From Trichoplax sp. H2 (lineage: Eukaryota), in the NCBI GenBank assembly GCA_003344405.1, contig NOWV01000177.1, positions 124,001-162,765 on the forward strand: a DNA stretch of 38,765 bases. The letters run 5' to 3'. Shown here piece by piece: positions 1 through 22,936 of the stretch. Below the pieces are notes generated by a model that was given only the letters and a program-made list of their open reading frames with translations, did not search any database and was not told where the DNA came from. Positions within the stretch are counted from its first letter, which is position 1; every line of letters starts with the position of its first letter. A program made the translations under genes and the position numbers.

Positions 1-227
1 AGCGAACATGATTTTTACTAATTAAATCTATTTTCTTAATGAATGTAGTTTTATTCCAGAATTAATTTATAATTAGATCGTTTTCCAGAATATAAACTTA
101 TTTACGTTATTCAATTAATTTTAATGTGACTACACAATATCATCTTTTTGCTGCTACCTTATGTTTGCAGTTGACAGAATAATTAAGCAAACGGGTTATT
201 TCTAAATTACATTGTGCTATACCGGCT

Positions 228-779
228 TGTGATATATACCAATCACGAGATTCCAAATTTTAGAAAAATAAGGGCTTTATTCAATCTTATACAAAGATTA
301 ACTACACACAGTTCTACTCTAGCCGAATACTACTTCTAAAGACTTCTACAACGAACTAACTGAATAATCTAAAGTTGTATGCTTTTATACTTTCCGTAGC
401 TTTCGCAGCTACAATCCGCATAGCAACCTTTTACCTTATATTACGCATAGTTAAATTTTTCTTAGTAAGACTATTCTACTGCGGACCATCATTAAACCAA
501 TATGGATACGACTACAGTACTTACGTAGACATTATTCACACCAGCCAAAGTACAATGAATTAACCATATCCTAATATATGATTTACAGTTCTATTTTTAT
601 CTATAGCCTTATTAGTAACTCAACAGCTTACTGTATATAGTCATCTGTACTCTAGCATAGAGTCTCTACCACAACAGTCTATAGTTATAGCTACCAAATA
701 TCTCTTAGGATAAATATATACCGTACATTATACTACACATGGCTAACAGTCTACAATCACAATACTAAGTTACATTACA
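228..779 (-). mobile_element. Solo LTR, family A, copy 1 (552 bp)
   Basis: Termini are TGTGAT...ATTACA (TG..CA, imperfect inverted ends). A perfect 5-bp TSD CGGCT sits at 223-227 and 780-784. The minus strand carries TATAAAAG (382-389) followed by AATAAA (276-281). It aligns end to end with 37892-38449 (roughly 90% by eye) and 18254-18819. Confidence 0.9.
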
Positions 780-1854
780 CGGCTATGCTGCTAATTGATC
801 TTGGAATTAAAATCTAAGATTTTTTCTAATTTGTATTTTATGGATGCTGGCCTTATTTACAGGATTAATTAATATAGAAAGGAAGATATTTTTGTTAATC
901 ACATCTAGCCATGTAGATGATCACTTGTCTTCCTGTTGTGTGTACTAGTTTATATATATCATAGAGTTTAGATTTTAAGTTTACTGTTGAGGAAGACTGT
1001 GTTGATCGATGAAACTATACCGTCGAAGATCGCGTTTAAGATATAGTTAATAGCAGACAAGTTCAATAACTTGCAATAGTTAGCATCTAGTAGACTACAT
1101 TAGAGACTACATAATCAAATATTTTCTTCATATAACAAAGTAATTTACACGAAGGCGAAAAAATACGTTGTTAAGCACTGGCAGTCTCTACCTAAATAAA
1201 TGAGCGCTAGCAGGCATCTTAACTCGGTATAATGGATAAAATTTAATTTTGGGCAATGAACAGTAAAACTAGAATAATTTTATAATGTAGTAATTATCAT
1301 TTTAAAATCAAAAGACCACATGATTTTATTATTCGACAAGAACCGATTTTACTTGAAAATCAATAGCTAGAAAGTCTTTCATTATAACAATAGATATAAC
1401 TTAAGCTTTCATTCCGATCTACAATCTAATAGGAATATTTATTTACACGGCTAATTTAAACATGAATTGCAAATTTTAAATAGGCAATTGGATATAAATT
1501 AAATTTCCGCAAGTCGAGACCGAAATAATTATAAATCAGGATTATAATATGATAAGGTCTGTTAATAACGATGGCTAATGCTCATGCTTTTAATTGACTT
1601 TTTATAATAATTATAATATTTACAAAAATAAAATATAAATTCTTCGTAATGTTTATAAATGTAGCTAATGCTCTATTCGGTAAATATTTTCTGCATAGGA
1701 TATATCCAGGCAGAATATTCCAGTAACTATTCGTGTTGTTAGTGTTAAACACCAGCGGTAGGCAGAAAGAATTATTATGCTAATGCTCTAAGTTTTTGGC
1801 TCATTTGACGGTAAGAAATAAACTTTATTTGAAGGTATAGTTTATGTTTGATTT

Positions 1855-12281
<10,427 letters not shown>

Positions 12282-13059
12282 CTATTACGAAGAGAGAATA
12301 TTAAAATGAGCTTACTGATCAATTAAAGAAGCCTTTAACATAAGAAATTACGCAACAACTATTTGACATTTGTGAATTTGCGTAATTTCTAATTCACTAC
12401 GATATTTTTTATGATAAAAAAATTCGGATAATAAGGCTTTCAACGATAGCGGAATCAAAGTATACTATCGCTTTGGTCTTCAGTATTGGCAATGATCTAG
12501 TTATTGCTAATGTAAATGAACTGACGAAAAATTGCTAATATATATATATACACAATCATTATTTTTTACTAAACGTTTTTACACGGCAATTATAGCAGCT
12601 AATTATTGGAAGCGAACAAAATTAAAAAGATTACTTACAGAAGTACACAATTATTGTGACTTATGCAGATATATATATATGTTATATACAGTATTACTCT
12701 TCTATACAGTAGACATAATTGGATGGCATATGCTAATAAATACTGATCGCAAATGATCGTTTTATGAAAAATAGGTCAAATTGCAGCGTTATGAGCAAGA
12801 CCTTGCAGGATAAGATATACCTAAACTAATTTTTAAAGCAAATCCCCACATCATATCAACTTTAGGTTTTGTTTATTAAAGCCTGTACACATTAAGCCGT
12901 CTACCTAAAAGTTCAATGTCAATAGATATTGTTTATATTACTATCAGTAAACTGACAGAAGAGTAAAACCTCTAAGTGTGCTAATCGCCATATAAAGTAT
13001 CAAGTAGCATGATTAAAATACTTTAATGAAAATTTCAAATTTAAGAATTACGATAATCT

Positions 13060-13500
13060 AAGAATGGGAAGCTGTAATCTATCTTCGTGCTTATAACACT
13101 ATCATGAATTAGTCTACAGTAGACGAATTCATAAACTTTACGAGTTGATACAAACATTAAAAGTTATTTCGAAAGCTTTTAATGTTTCATATCAAGATTT
13201 ACGAGAATGCAAAAATGAAAAGCTGTAACTTATCGTCACTGTTAAAAAATATATACCGCACAAAAAATCTGCAATGGACGAATTTATGGAATTTAATAGT
13301 TGATACAACATTAATTAAAGCTTTTTCGATCCTTGAAAATTTCTTATTAACATTTATTAGAATGCAAGAATGAAAAGGTATGATCCATGGCAACTGCTAA
13401 TAAACCTATCCCGTAAAAGTCAGCAGTGGACGAATTTGTGGAGTTTACTGATTAATACATACATTAAAAGCTTTTTCGATAGCTTGTAAGTCTTCGATAG
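13060..13500 (+). pseudogene. Three ~152-155 bp tandem units, probably a decayed leucine-rich-repeat coding remnant
   Basis: The GACGAATT anchor recurs at 13122, 13277 and 13429. Translations MGSCNLSS / MKSCNLSSLL and LQWTNLWNLIVDT / QQWTNLWSLLINT / TLRVDTNIKS fit LxxLxLxxN/C. Many stops and frameshifts. Confidence 0.5.
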
Positions 13501-14259
13501 TGAAAAATTTTTCTAGTCTTCCGGAATAAACAGCCATGTCAGGTTGGCTATAAGATAGAAGGAACAATTCAAATTAATTATCATAAATGTGTAATAAATT
13601 CCAAATTTGTCAATTAAAACATTAGATCACATCGACATCAAAAACTTCATCGATAACGCAATTTATTTAGTCGAGCTAGCCTACTATTTCAAGACTATTT
13701 CTTAATTTAAGCTAATGATGGATGAAAATTTCCATTTTTTAAATATTTATCAATATCAATATATCATTACTTTTATCAGTAATAATATTTTATTCTCTCT
13801 ACGTTAATTTGCTTGGCCCGCTATGATAAGACAGCGTCCTTCATACTGACAAAATGAATTTATAAAATTAATCATCAGAATTTATTATATGAGATCAAGG
13901 CTGAAAAATCAGGACAATTTTTTCTTTATAAACAATTTAGCTTTCATTATTAACAGTAAAGTTTTCATTTGATTCATTTTGGCTGTTTATATAGGGTCTG
14001 GAGCAACTCAAAGTATATAAACAAGATTAAGATAAGGTGCTACTTGAGTATTCATGACTTTACTTTAATGAACAATAGCTTTGAACCAGCCTGCCTTAAA
14101 TAAAAGATGAGTCTTGTTCTTGAATCATTTTTTTCATAACGAATAAAGATCGAATAAATTCAGTCCTTAACATAAGGTCAATATTAAATAATAAAAGTCA
14201 TGCATAGTCAATTAAGCACCAAGAATCATTAACAGAAACTAAGATCGTCTATTAATATT

Positions 14260-16400
14260 CAATCCATTGATTTCATCTCGCCGGATATCGCATAATAACT
14301 GTTTAATTTATTTATCTTTAAGGCAAGGAATTTAATGAATTCACCTAGAGTGATTAAATGCCATTTCAACGGATACAAGAGCGTAAGAATGAAATTAGAA
14401 TCAATTTTTAGCGTTCGTATTTTGGGTAAATGAGAGAAGATTTGCAGTAGAGCAGCATGCTGTAATAAACTCTGAAGTAGTTGATTATTTTAATCGGAGA
14501 GGTATCATTGAGCCGATTAGAATCTGAACCATTTAATTGGAGGGCAGAAGGTGATATGAAAATGAGACATTGGTTCAAATTTTTTCAATAATTTCTTTAT
14601 GTCTGGAAATTTTAGCAGACTGTCTTAAATCATCAAGTCCAGTGTCTGATTATGTTATATAAAAGATGAATGTACAGTTTTAAAATTGTAGATTGATAAT
14701 TGATGAGCTTTTGTATCTTCAACGATAGTATGATAGATCTAATCCTTAAATAGTTAGATGGTCCGCTTAAAAATATGTCTAAAAGATCGTAAACAGCGTC
14801 GATGATGGTTTTAAATGGCCTATTACTAACTTTAAATTCAATTCTTATATATATAAGAAGAGGAAATTTCGATAAACTAATTGTAAATCACTTTGGATCT
14901 TCCGAATGGTAGATTGGATGATTAATTTAATTAATTTTTGCAACAATAAATATCATGAATTGATTAATAATTTTATAAAGTAAATTATATAAGCAGCATC
15001 TGTTAAATTAATTTGGCATTAGTCTTACGTTCCAGTATTGGATAAATAAGAGAACGATCTTAAAGTAGAAAAGTAGGTTCAATTTCGCATCTATATGGTT
15101 TAAACTTTGTCTGGGGTATATGATTCAGACAAGTCGATCTAAAGATTTAAATTTAAGTGATAGAACGTAATACAAATTTAAAGACTTGAAATAGTTTTAT
15201 TTCTTTGGAAATCGAAATTTGTTCTTCTAACTATCTAAAATTGGCATAATCCATAAAAGTTTCAGATCATGAATCGAAATACAACGTATGCAATTAAAGT
15301 GTTTTGGATAGATGATATACCCCGAATCAAGGAATTATTTTATTTTTAATAACAAATTATAATAGGATAGCCATCAATTGTTTATGAGGCTTAAATTGTC
15401 TCATGCAAATGTATATAATTACAGATGGTAAATGAGATTTTCTAGAAATTCTGCTGTTTTTCATTTAAGCTAACAGTTCCTTCTAGTAATTAACAAGAGT
15501 TTTTAATTGCTAACAATTCAGTGAAACTCTTCTATTAAGGATACTCTTTCAGTTATGATAGCCCAAATATCGCTGGAACTATAGCCAAAATTTAAATCCA
15601 TCACTCGACATGCTATAAACATCTTGTTTATAATCAATGCTCTCCCATATTACCAATTTCAACAATAAATCAATCTCCTTATCAAAATTATGATCGACTA
15701 TCATCCATAAAGTAAAATGATGGTCGAAATTAAGATTTTGTCAATGCCTCTTAGGCTGGCCAAATTAGCTAAGTATATCTTTATTAATTTCTTCTATAAA
15801 CATTAAGCTATAAGATGTTACTTCGAGTCGTATCAACTACTAAATCTATTTTAGATTAATGTGAAAGTCGTAGCAAGTAGTAAACTTTCAGTTTTAAGGT
15901 GAAATAAATTGCTACCGTTGGTTTCATAATTTACTTCTAGGGTTTGACAAAGTCAGTCAGTAATTTATACTATGGATAGATTCCTACGACTATACTCACA
16001 TGAAAGATTTTGGTTATTAACTGATCATTTTTTAAATTTTAGAGTATTAAAATGATCTCTTTGGAACCTGTCTTTAATTAATTATGCCAAAAACGCTATG
16101 CTTAGATGAGTCAATTTATTACTCAGACCTTGCCAGTTATAAATTAAATTAGAGTATAAACGGAGCGTTTAAATTTTTATCATTTTGAACAAGTACGAGT
16201 GCTAAAGAGTGATTGTTATGAGGTACGATAATTATTCGAAACTGATCTTCCAAACCAAGCCTGATGTCGAATTATTACTAGCACGAGCAAATCGCTAATC
16301 TCTAGATCAAAATTAATTAAATTGTACTCAAGGGCAGAAGAATTATAAGAAGAAAATACTTTGTGACGAGATTCTAATTTATTGCAGTATCCAATTTGTA
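14260..16400 (-). pseudogene. Decayed LRR-protein remnant (boundaries approximate)
   Basis: Minus-strand fragments QIFSHLPKIRTLKIDSNFILTL (~14380-14445) and FLENLIYHL*LYTFA*DNLSLINN*WLSYYNL (~15355-15450) match the extracellular LRR pattern. They are interrupted by stops. Confidence 0.4.
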
Positions 16401-17409
16401 TGCTAACCACTAGTAATTCGAGACATCAAAAAATCATCTATATCAAGGATGAGTTCCATTTCTAACTACAGTACACTAGCAGTAGGTCAGTTTTGTTATT
16501 GCTAATTTATTGGAGAAACGAGGTGAAAAGATAGTAATAACTTAGTTTATGGTTAGAATAAAATATGAATTCTAATTCTTATTGGGTATTACAGAGTTTA
16601 TGGCACAAGTTTGATAGAGTTCAACACTAATATGTGTACATATCAATTGGCTAATATTTAGATGTTAAGTGTACTACGTAATCATTCTATTCTATGCTTG
16701 CCTTCCCTACGTAATCACGTTTCATCATCGTTTTCTGTTCTGGAATGACCTACATGTGATTAATGCTGAACTTGATATGCTATTCAATTAACTCATTTCG
16801 ATCAATTCAATTGATAAAAAATTTGTCCAAAGCTCGCCCACACGACTTGTAATTCGTTAAGAGTATACTGAATCTATGGATTAAGATCTTCAAAAGCAAT
16901 TGCTTTTGAAATAGATATGCCCATAAGCTAGCGCAATGGGCTGTCTAATGCAATTTTCTTATTCACTTTATATCGTCGTAATGGCGATCTTGGACAAATT
17001 TATCTATATGTGATTAAACGTTTTCGTTATCGCTGCGACTATTACAGTAAAATTTAGCTGTAGGATTTAGAGTATTAAATTTCAAATTTTAAAATCTGTT
17101 ATCGTCCATTTTCTAACCTCTAAAACTAAAGTTAAACCATAAATATTTGTCATAGATATCTTATAAGAAATAGGACAGAGTGGATAGTTATCTTGACTCC
17201 ACACAGAGAGTCATTTTTATCGTGTTGGTATAGATAAACTCGGATCTTAGTGCCAATAATTCAACGATATCGATACCCATTTATCAACTCCAAGTCTTGT
17301 GATCAATTGCATTATCAAAAAGATCTAGGTAGCTACAGCAAAAACGTTAAATTCTTTGCTCTTACTACCGGAATATTGATTATAAGATTTAGATAGACTG
17401 ATCATCAGT

Positions 17410-18050
17410 GCACGATTAATACGCCTTTTTAGATTATGTTAAGTCTTGCCTATCGCTAAATAGGATAGGGAAGTATTCATAACGGATTAAGGAATGGTAA
17501 AGCAGATCTTATATCAGTAATAATAGCTGTAAACTATTACTCTAACACGTTATTGATGAATAGCACACCAGCCTTGAAAGGTGATGCATGATATTATTTA
17601 TGATCAATCTTACTTTGAATCATTTCCATTCTTCATTATGACTTCTCTTTTATAAGATTTACTCCTGATACTTTCGCCTTGTTTATTTTGTTGAGTAACA
17701 GCAATAGCTTCGGTAACCTTAGCCATGGTAGTGGCCACAATTTCGATCCGTTAGTAATAAGATTTCATATATATTACAATAATTTTGATAGTTGTGGAGT
17801 TGAAAGCCGTCTAAAGTAATGCCAGTTGAAATTGTTTGTAATCGGTAGCAATATTCATATGAAGACTGTTTATCGTAAATTAATTTGCTCTAGCTTAGAA
17901 GTATCATCAAACTCCACTGGACGACATGAGTCAGTGTTAACCATGGCAACAAGATAATCAATCCTATTATTAATAATTTTAGATAACGATCAAATCATTA
18001 TAGGGCAATGCAGCGGCGTAATGAAGTTATCCAAAACATATTATCTATTC
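17410..18050 (-). pseudogene. Decayed rhodopsin-family (class A) GPCR remnant, TM3-TM7
   Basis: One frame reads CIAL**FDRYLKLLIIGLIILLPWLTLTHVVQWSLMILLS*SKLIYDKQSSYEYCY, with DRY at 17983-17991, a TM4-like Trp segment and an ECL2-like Cys. Downstream, SVMNTSLSYLAIGKT*HNLKRR resembles TM7/helix 8. Confidence 0.5.
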
Positions 18051-18253
18051 ATCAATACTGTTATTATGACGTCATCTATTCATCTAATCTGATTTAATTG
18101 TATTTATCTAAATGTTCATAATAATAGAATAGAAGAATAACTATTTTTGTTTGATAGGCTTAATTGGTTCGATTGAACCAATGAGCTAATATTTTACTTG
18201 AACTCTTAATTGAATAATAAATCGAATTCAGAAGATTAAAGTTTGGATCATCA

Positions 18254-18819
18254 TATAATATTTATTAATTGTAAAATTCTCAAAATTTGAAGCAAATTAA
18301 AACCTTATTCGATCTTCTTACAAAATATTGTACACACAGCTCTACAGTAGCCCAGCAGAACTATTGGGAAGACTTGTAGGCATAACTGATAAATAGTCTA
18401 AAGCTCACTTCGTCTTAAATACTTTTCGTAGCGTTTGTAGCTACAATTCTTTATCAGTATTTTACCTTATTTTACAATTATTCTGATTATTATTAGTAAT
18501 AACATTTTATAGCGATCATCTATAGTTCTAGATGGTAAAAATTACGGCATTGAATTAGACACGAATACCGAATAAAGTGCGATGAGCTAAGCATATCCTT
18601 ATATATGAATAGAATATTTATTTTTACTTCTAGCATCAATAGTGACCCTACATCGTACTGCAAATGCACATTTATATTCTAACATAGAATCTTCAATAGC
18701 AGTATATGAATGATTATGAGCTGCTAATTACGCCTTATCATAAGTATGAAAAATTTCATTATCATGCATCATACCAAACAAGGCTAATAATCTAAAATCC
18801 AACACTAATTTATGTTCCA
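18254..18819 (-). mobile_element. Solo LTR, family A, old diverged copy (566 bp)
   Basis: Colinear with 228-779 over its full length, e.g. TACACACAG.TCTAC, ATACTTT.CGTAGC, TTTTACCTTAT, CATATCCT.ATATATGA and GGCTAA.A.TCTA.AATC. Ends TATAAT...TATGTTCCA correspond to TGTGAT...TACATTACA. Perfect TSD CATCA at 18249-18253 and 18820-18824. Confidence 0.8.
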
Positions 18820-19877
18820 CATCATCAAAATCATAAGTCTGTCCCAATCTTTTGCCTGTGAAATTTGGTTTGGGCTATATTATGACGGTATAGCATTTAT
18901 AACAAAATTTTAAAATGGGTTATCGTAAAATATTATAGAGTAATTGATCAATTTTTAGAATAGTGCTCTATTTAAATCAAGAGAATAATATAAAATTATG
19001 ATTGCAATAGAATTTTCTACGATACTCATACTCATGTATTGTATTAATGTTTAGCCTTAAGGGGAAGGCTTTGGCGTAGTAGTGGCTGATATACTAAAGT
19101 TATAAAACGGTTCTCCAGTAATGCCTTGTGGTATACTGGTACCGTGTTATATTGGTAGTCCAATTTTGGTTTTACAGCTGAGAGAAATGATATAGAAATT
19201 ATTAAAGCAAACAATTCTTTAACACCGAAGCAAGATTGAATTACTAATATCAGTCTTATTAGAAATACTGGGGCTGCTATCAGAGTTAAATAAACTAATG
19301 TAAAAATTGCTATCGCTATGGAATCTTCTAGCTTCTCCGCTAGATTGACATGATTTCACCAATATTATACATTCAGCCATAAATTATCGTTGCTAGTATT
19401 TCTATCCTGAAGGTTCCAAGAATAAACAAAATTGGTTACCATAATAGTATGTATTAACTCTACTGCTAAATTGAAGTGACCTTAGCCTTATTATATGTTC
19501 TAGAGTATTGATTCTGTAATAATGAAGTCCTGAAATATCAAACGAATAATTCAAAATTACATTTTTCCTTATAAATAAATATAGTAGGCTTTATTAACTT
19601 ATGGATGGATAAGATTCGTATTAGTAATATTATTTAATTGTATAGTAGCTTTCATTCCGATGACAGTAAAATTAATCAATCTACTCGTTGATTTACATTA
19701 ACAGATTACATTCTAATTGGCTGATAATTTGATAAAGTTAGTAAAGAAATGGATCAAATAGACTACAAATTATTTAACTTTAATTGATGGAGATTGTGAG
19801 GGTTCAAAATTTTAGGATAGATTTAGAGGTATTTCTGACTCATTTATAAGAGCATAGATATTCTTTAAATGATTAAT

Positions 19878-19901
19878 GGGTTAGGGTTAGGGTTTGGGTT
19901 A
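19878..19901 (+). repeat. Short interstitial telomere-like tract GGG(TTAGGG)2TTTGGGTTA
   Basis: Read directly. TTAGGG is the ancestral animal telomere repeat. Confidence 0.6.
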
Positions 19902-20399
19902 TACTGACAACTTCGATAAGATTGCAGTCTAATTAAATGATGATTTAGTACGTTTTAAACAAACATCAGAATGTATGCCATGCATACGTCATTGTATGGC
20001 CTACAATTCCTGATTATATTTACCACTGCATGACGACTAACTTGGTTGGGCAATAATATTAAAATTAATATTAAAAATTAATATTTTGCCAATAATTAAT
20101 GCAAAATTTACGATAGATAATTTATGATGAAATTACGTAGTAAAATTAGTCAATATCAAAATTTAAGAGCTTCCTGAGCAGTCTTCTATTTTAAGTCATT
20201 ACAAAATAAAGGTTAATTTTTACTGGAGAGTCAATTCAATCTCCCTGAAAGTCTCTTCTTAAGCCATTATTCCAACAAATTTCTGATATTTTTAATGCAA
20301 TTATAATCTGTTTCAAAATCGGCTATTGTACAGTATTGCGCTGGTAATTTTCCAAATTAGAATTATTTATGAAAATATTCAATTGCAGCATTCAAGAGT

Positions 20400-21280
20400 A
20401 AGAGTAGGTTCGACAATAACTTAATATGTGTAAAAGTTGCTGATTGCTGCAAAAGATACAAAGCTTCTCTAAAAATTGATAGATATTATTCATGAGTTTA
20501 TGAATTCGGTAACTCGTAGAAATATTATTATAATAGTGCAAATTTTTGAAACGTCATAAATTAAATAATATTTCTTTCCAAAATATATTTATTAGATTCA
20601 ATAATGTCGTATATAAAAAGGAGGAACACTGATAAAGTAAAGCGGAATATCCGTACAGAAACCAGATAGTAGTAAATATTGAAACTATTATAATTGCTTT
20701 CTGCCGTTATTTTAAGTCATTAACTAGCACGACCGTGGAAGATTTATACTTCAAATTGTTGAAATATTTTCTTTTTTGTGATATTCTTGCCAATGTAATT
20801 AAATTATTTACCTCGTAAGTAATTTATGACTATTTTATTTACCTATTAATCCTTTCCAGCTTCATAATATTATTGTTTATTTTCGTTTAAGGCGCTATAT
20901 ACTGAAAGTAGTACATTAACCAATATGAATTAGCGACAATAGAGTAAATTTGAGACCTTTAAGGAACTAACGTATAATAGAATAACTTAAATTCTAGATT
21001 AAATATTAATCATTCCCTACGCTATATAATGTATTCATGTCAGCATATGCATGCTTAAACTAAACTATAAAGTTGTTGGTGGTATTTGCTTTCCCAGGAA
21101 ATTATGGTCGTAATGAACAGCTTGTCATTCAAATTATTTATTTAGAAGCGGTTTTACATAAAATAGCAGGTGCATGTATATCTTACTTCGTTGGTTATTA
21201 AACTATGTTAGGCTGGAGTTATACTTACGAAGGTATATAGTGAAATTGCAGTAAATTATCCAATGTGATTTTTCAAATTA
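20400..21280 (-). pseudogene. Second decayed class A GPCR-like remnant (boundaries approximate)
   Basis: Ordered minus-strand fragments: WIIYCNFTIYL (TM3 start Cys), KLFITTIISW (TM4 Trp), RQKAIIIVSIFTTIWFLYGYSALLY (TM6-like) and KICTIIIIFLRVTEFINS*IISINF*R (TM7-like). Frameshifts and stops lie between them. Confidence 0.4.
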
Positions 21281-22833
21281 GATTTCATTTAATTTAAGAA
21301 TGATATATATGTACTTGAGTTTTATAATAATGAGTCTTAAATTTTAATTGGAATAGTGCTTTTTGTTCTGTTTTCAATTTCGGAGATATTTATAAATCAG
21401 AATTCATATTAAAAACTTTGATGAAAATTGTGTTATATTAGATTGAATATAACAGAATTTGCATATTTATTACTCTCATCTATTTTGTGACAATTAAGTC
21501 TTTCTCACCTCAAACAGCAAGATGCTTTTCGACGATTATATGGAATGATACTCATAAGTCTAGAACCGTATTAGTTTAAATGCTATGAATTTAGATCTAT
21601 TTTTGACCATAGATTAATATTAATTGAATTTTCTTACTTACAGTATCTATTTTGCTGTTTGATCCTCAAGCACATAAAATTTCATATTGCTTTACAATTG
21701 TTTTTTAAGTTTCTATGGAGGATTTATAAAACCTTTTATCAGTGATGTAATATTCTGTAAAGAAAGTAACTCTTAAATAGGCGTCTAAGCCCAAAGTTTC
21801 AATTCTGAGGAGTTGTGATGGAATTTTTAATGTTTTCTAATTATTATCCTTTAGTTTAATAACATTCAATTATTATGCACAAGCATCCATGTTAGTTTTC
21901 AAAAGATTATTATTTTTGGAGCATGCATGGTACTTTGATTTTCTACTTAGTTGGTCAGTTACCGCAATATAACTCTCGTTCAAAACACCATTCTAGGTAT
22001 TGAAAAATATATTAATTACTTCTCTAATTCAAGTTTCTACATAATTTTTCAAGAAATTTGATCACTGAGAATTTTAATTCTATAGTAATGCGTAGATTAA
22101 AATGAATCTTTCCTAGTGCTGACTATACGTACGTCGTGTACATTAAAAATTAGTGGATCTACTACTGATATGTTTTGATGCCTAAATTTAAAGAAAGCAA
22201 AACTCTTAAATAGTATTAATCATTAGACTTTGTTTAGCAATATAACAAATTGCATTCAAGATATGAATTTTCTAGGAAAAATAATAAAAAGGAATGTTTT
22301 CATCATTTATTGGTAAACAGGCTATCATTCGGTGACTCTACTGCTATAATTTAGAACTCGATTTAGCCTTCAGCCTATAACATCTTTACAGCATTATTAC
22401 TATCGTTGATTGGATCAGAAAATCATTCAGATATGCATACTTACGCAGCATCTCTATTCAAGTGAATTTCAAGAGAAAGGTGTGAAAATGACGTGATGTT
22501 GACATAAAATCCTGTGGTATTTAGAAAACTTTGTCAATTTTGTAAATAATCAAGATTTGCAAGGTCAGTTCAAGTTTAGCATGTTTGCTGCATGGGAAAA
22601 TTTAAAAAATCATCCTATTCAGTGTGGTTATGATGTTGTGATCATATTGACATGAATTTGTTTCAAAGTGTTTACAGAATTCTAAATCATGCGTTGTTGA
22701 TAACGAGTATTATTCAAATGATGAAGTAATCAATTTACAGTGGTTACATGAGTATGTATATATAAGAGCATCCATTCATGAAATTGAATGTTGACAAATA
22801 AGTTCACGACAACAAATTTAGCCCGTAAAATAT

Positions 22834-22843
22834 TATATAAAGG
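22834..22843 (+). promoter_or_regulatory. Candidate TATA box of the carboxypeptidase gene
   Basis: TATATAAAGG about 100 bp upstream of the ATG at 22937. The AT-rich background lowers specificity. Confidence 0.45.
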
Positions 22844-22936
22844 CAGTAATACATCGATGATTTAGAATAAGAACGAAGTGTTTATATAATTGTTGAGATT
22901 CTGATTTTTATTGATATACACTGACTGAAGCAGAAA

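Noticed and set aside
375..563. 62-aa ORF conserved with 38040-38228 as a small duplicated gene
   Set aside because: Both ORFs lie inside family A LTRs, start at TTG and are antisense to the LTR's TATA/polyA orientation. Repeat identity explains the similarity.
912..1111. TGTAG...CTACA segment as another LTR or MITE
   Set aside because: It is short, has no TSD and has no second copy in the window.
12316..12341. MLKASLID-encoding segment as WDR49 exon 1
   Set aside because: It ends in phase 2 while the next exon needs phase 0, and the intron would be only ~34 nt.
13381..13394. RFX X-box-like sites (TGATCCATGGCAAC here, GTTAACCATGGCAAC at 17936, GTTACCATGGAAAT at 33480) as ciliary regulatory elements
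   Set aside because: The site nearest WDR49 is only a half match inside a decayed repeat. The better matches are far from any identified ciliary start site.
18620..18870. Minus-strand frame resembling an NLR/NACHT helix (LLALFGMMHDNEIF)
   Set aside because: It falls inside the diverged family A LTR, so it is a chance translation.
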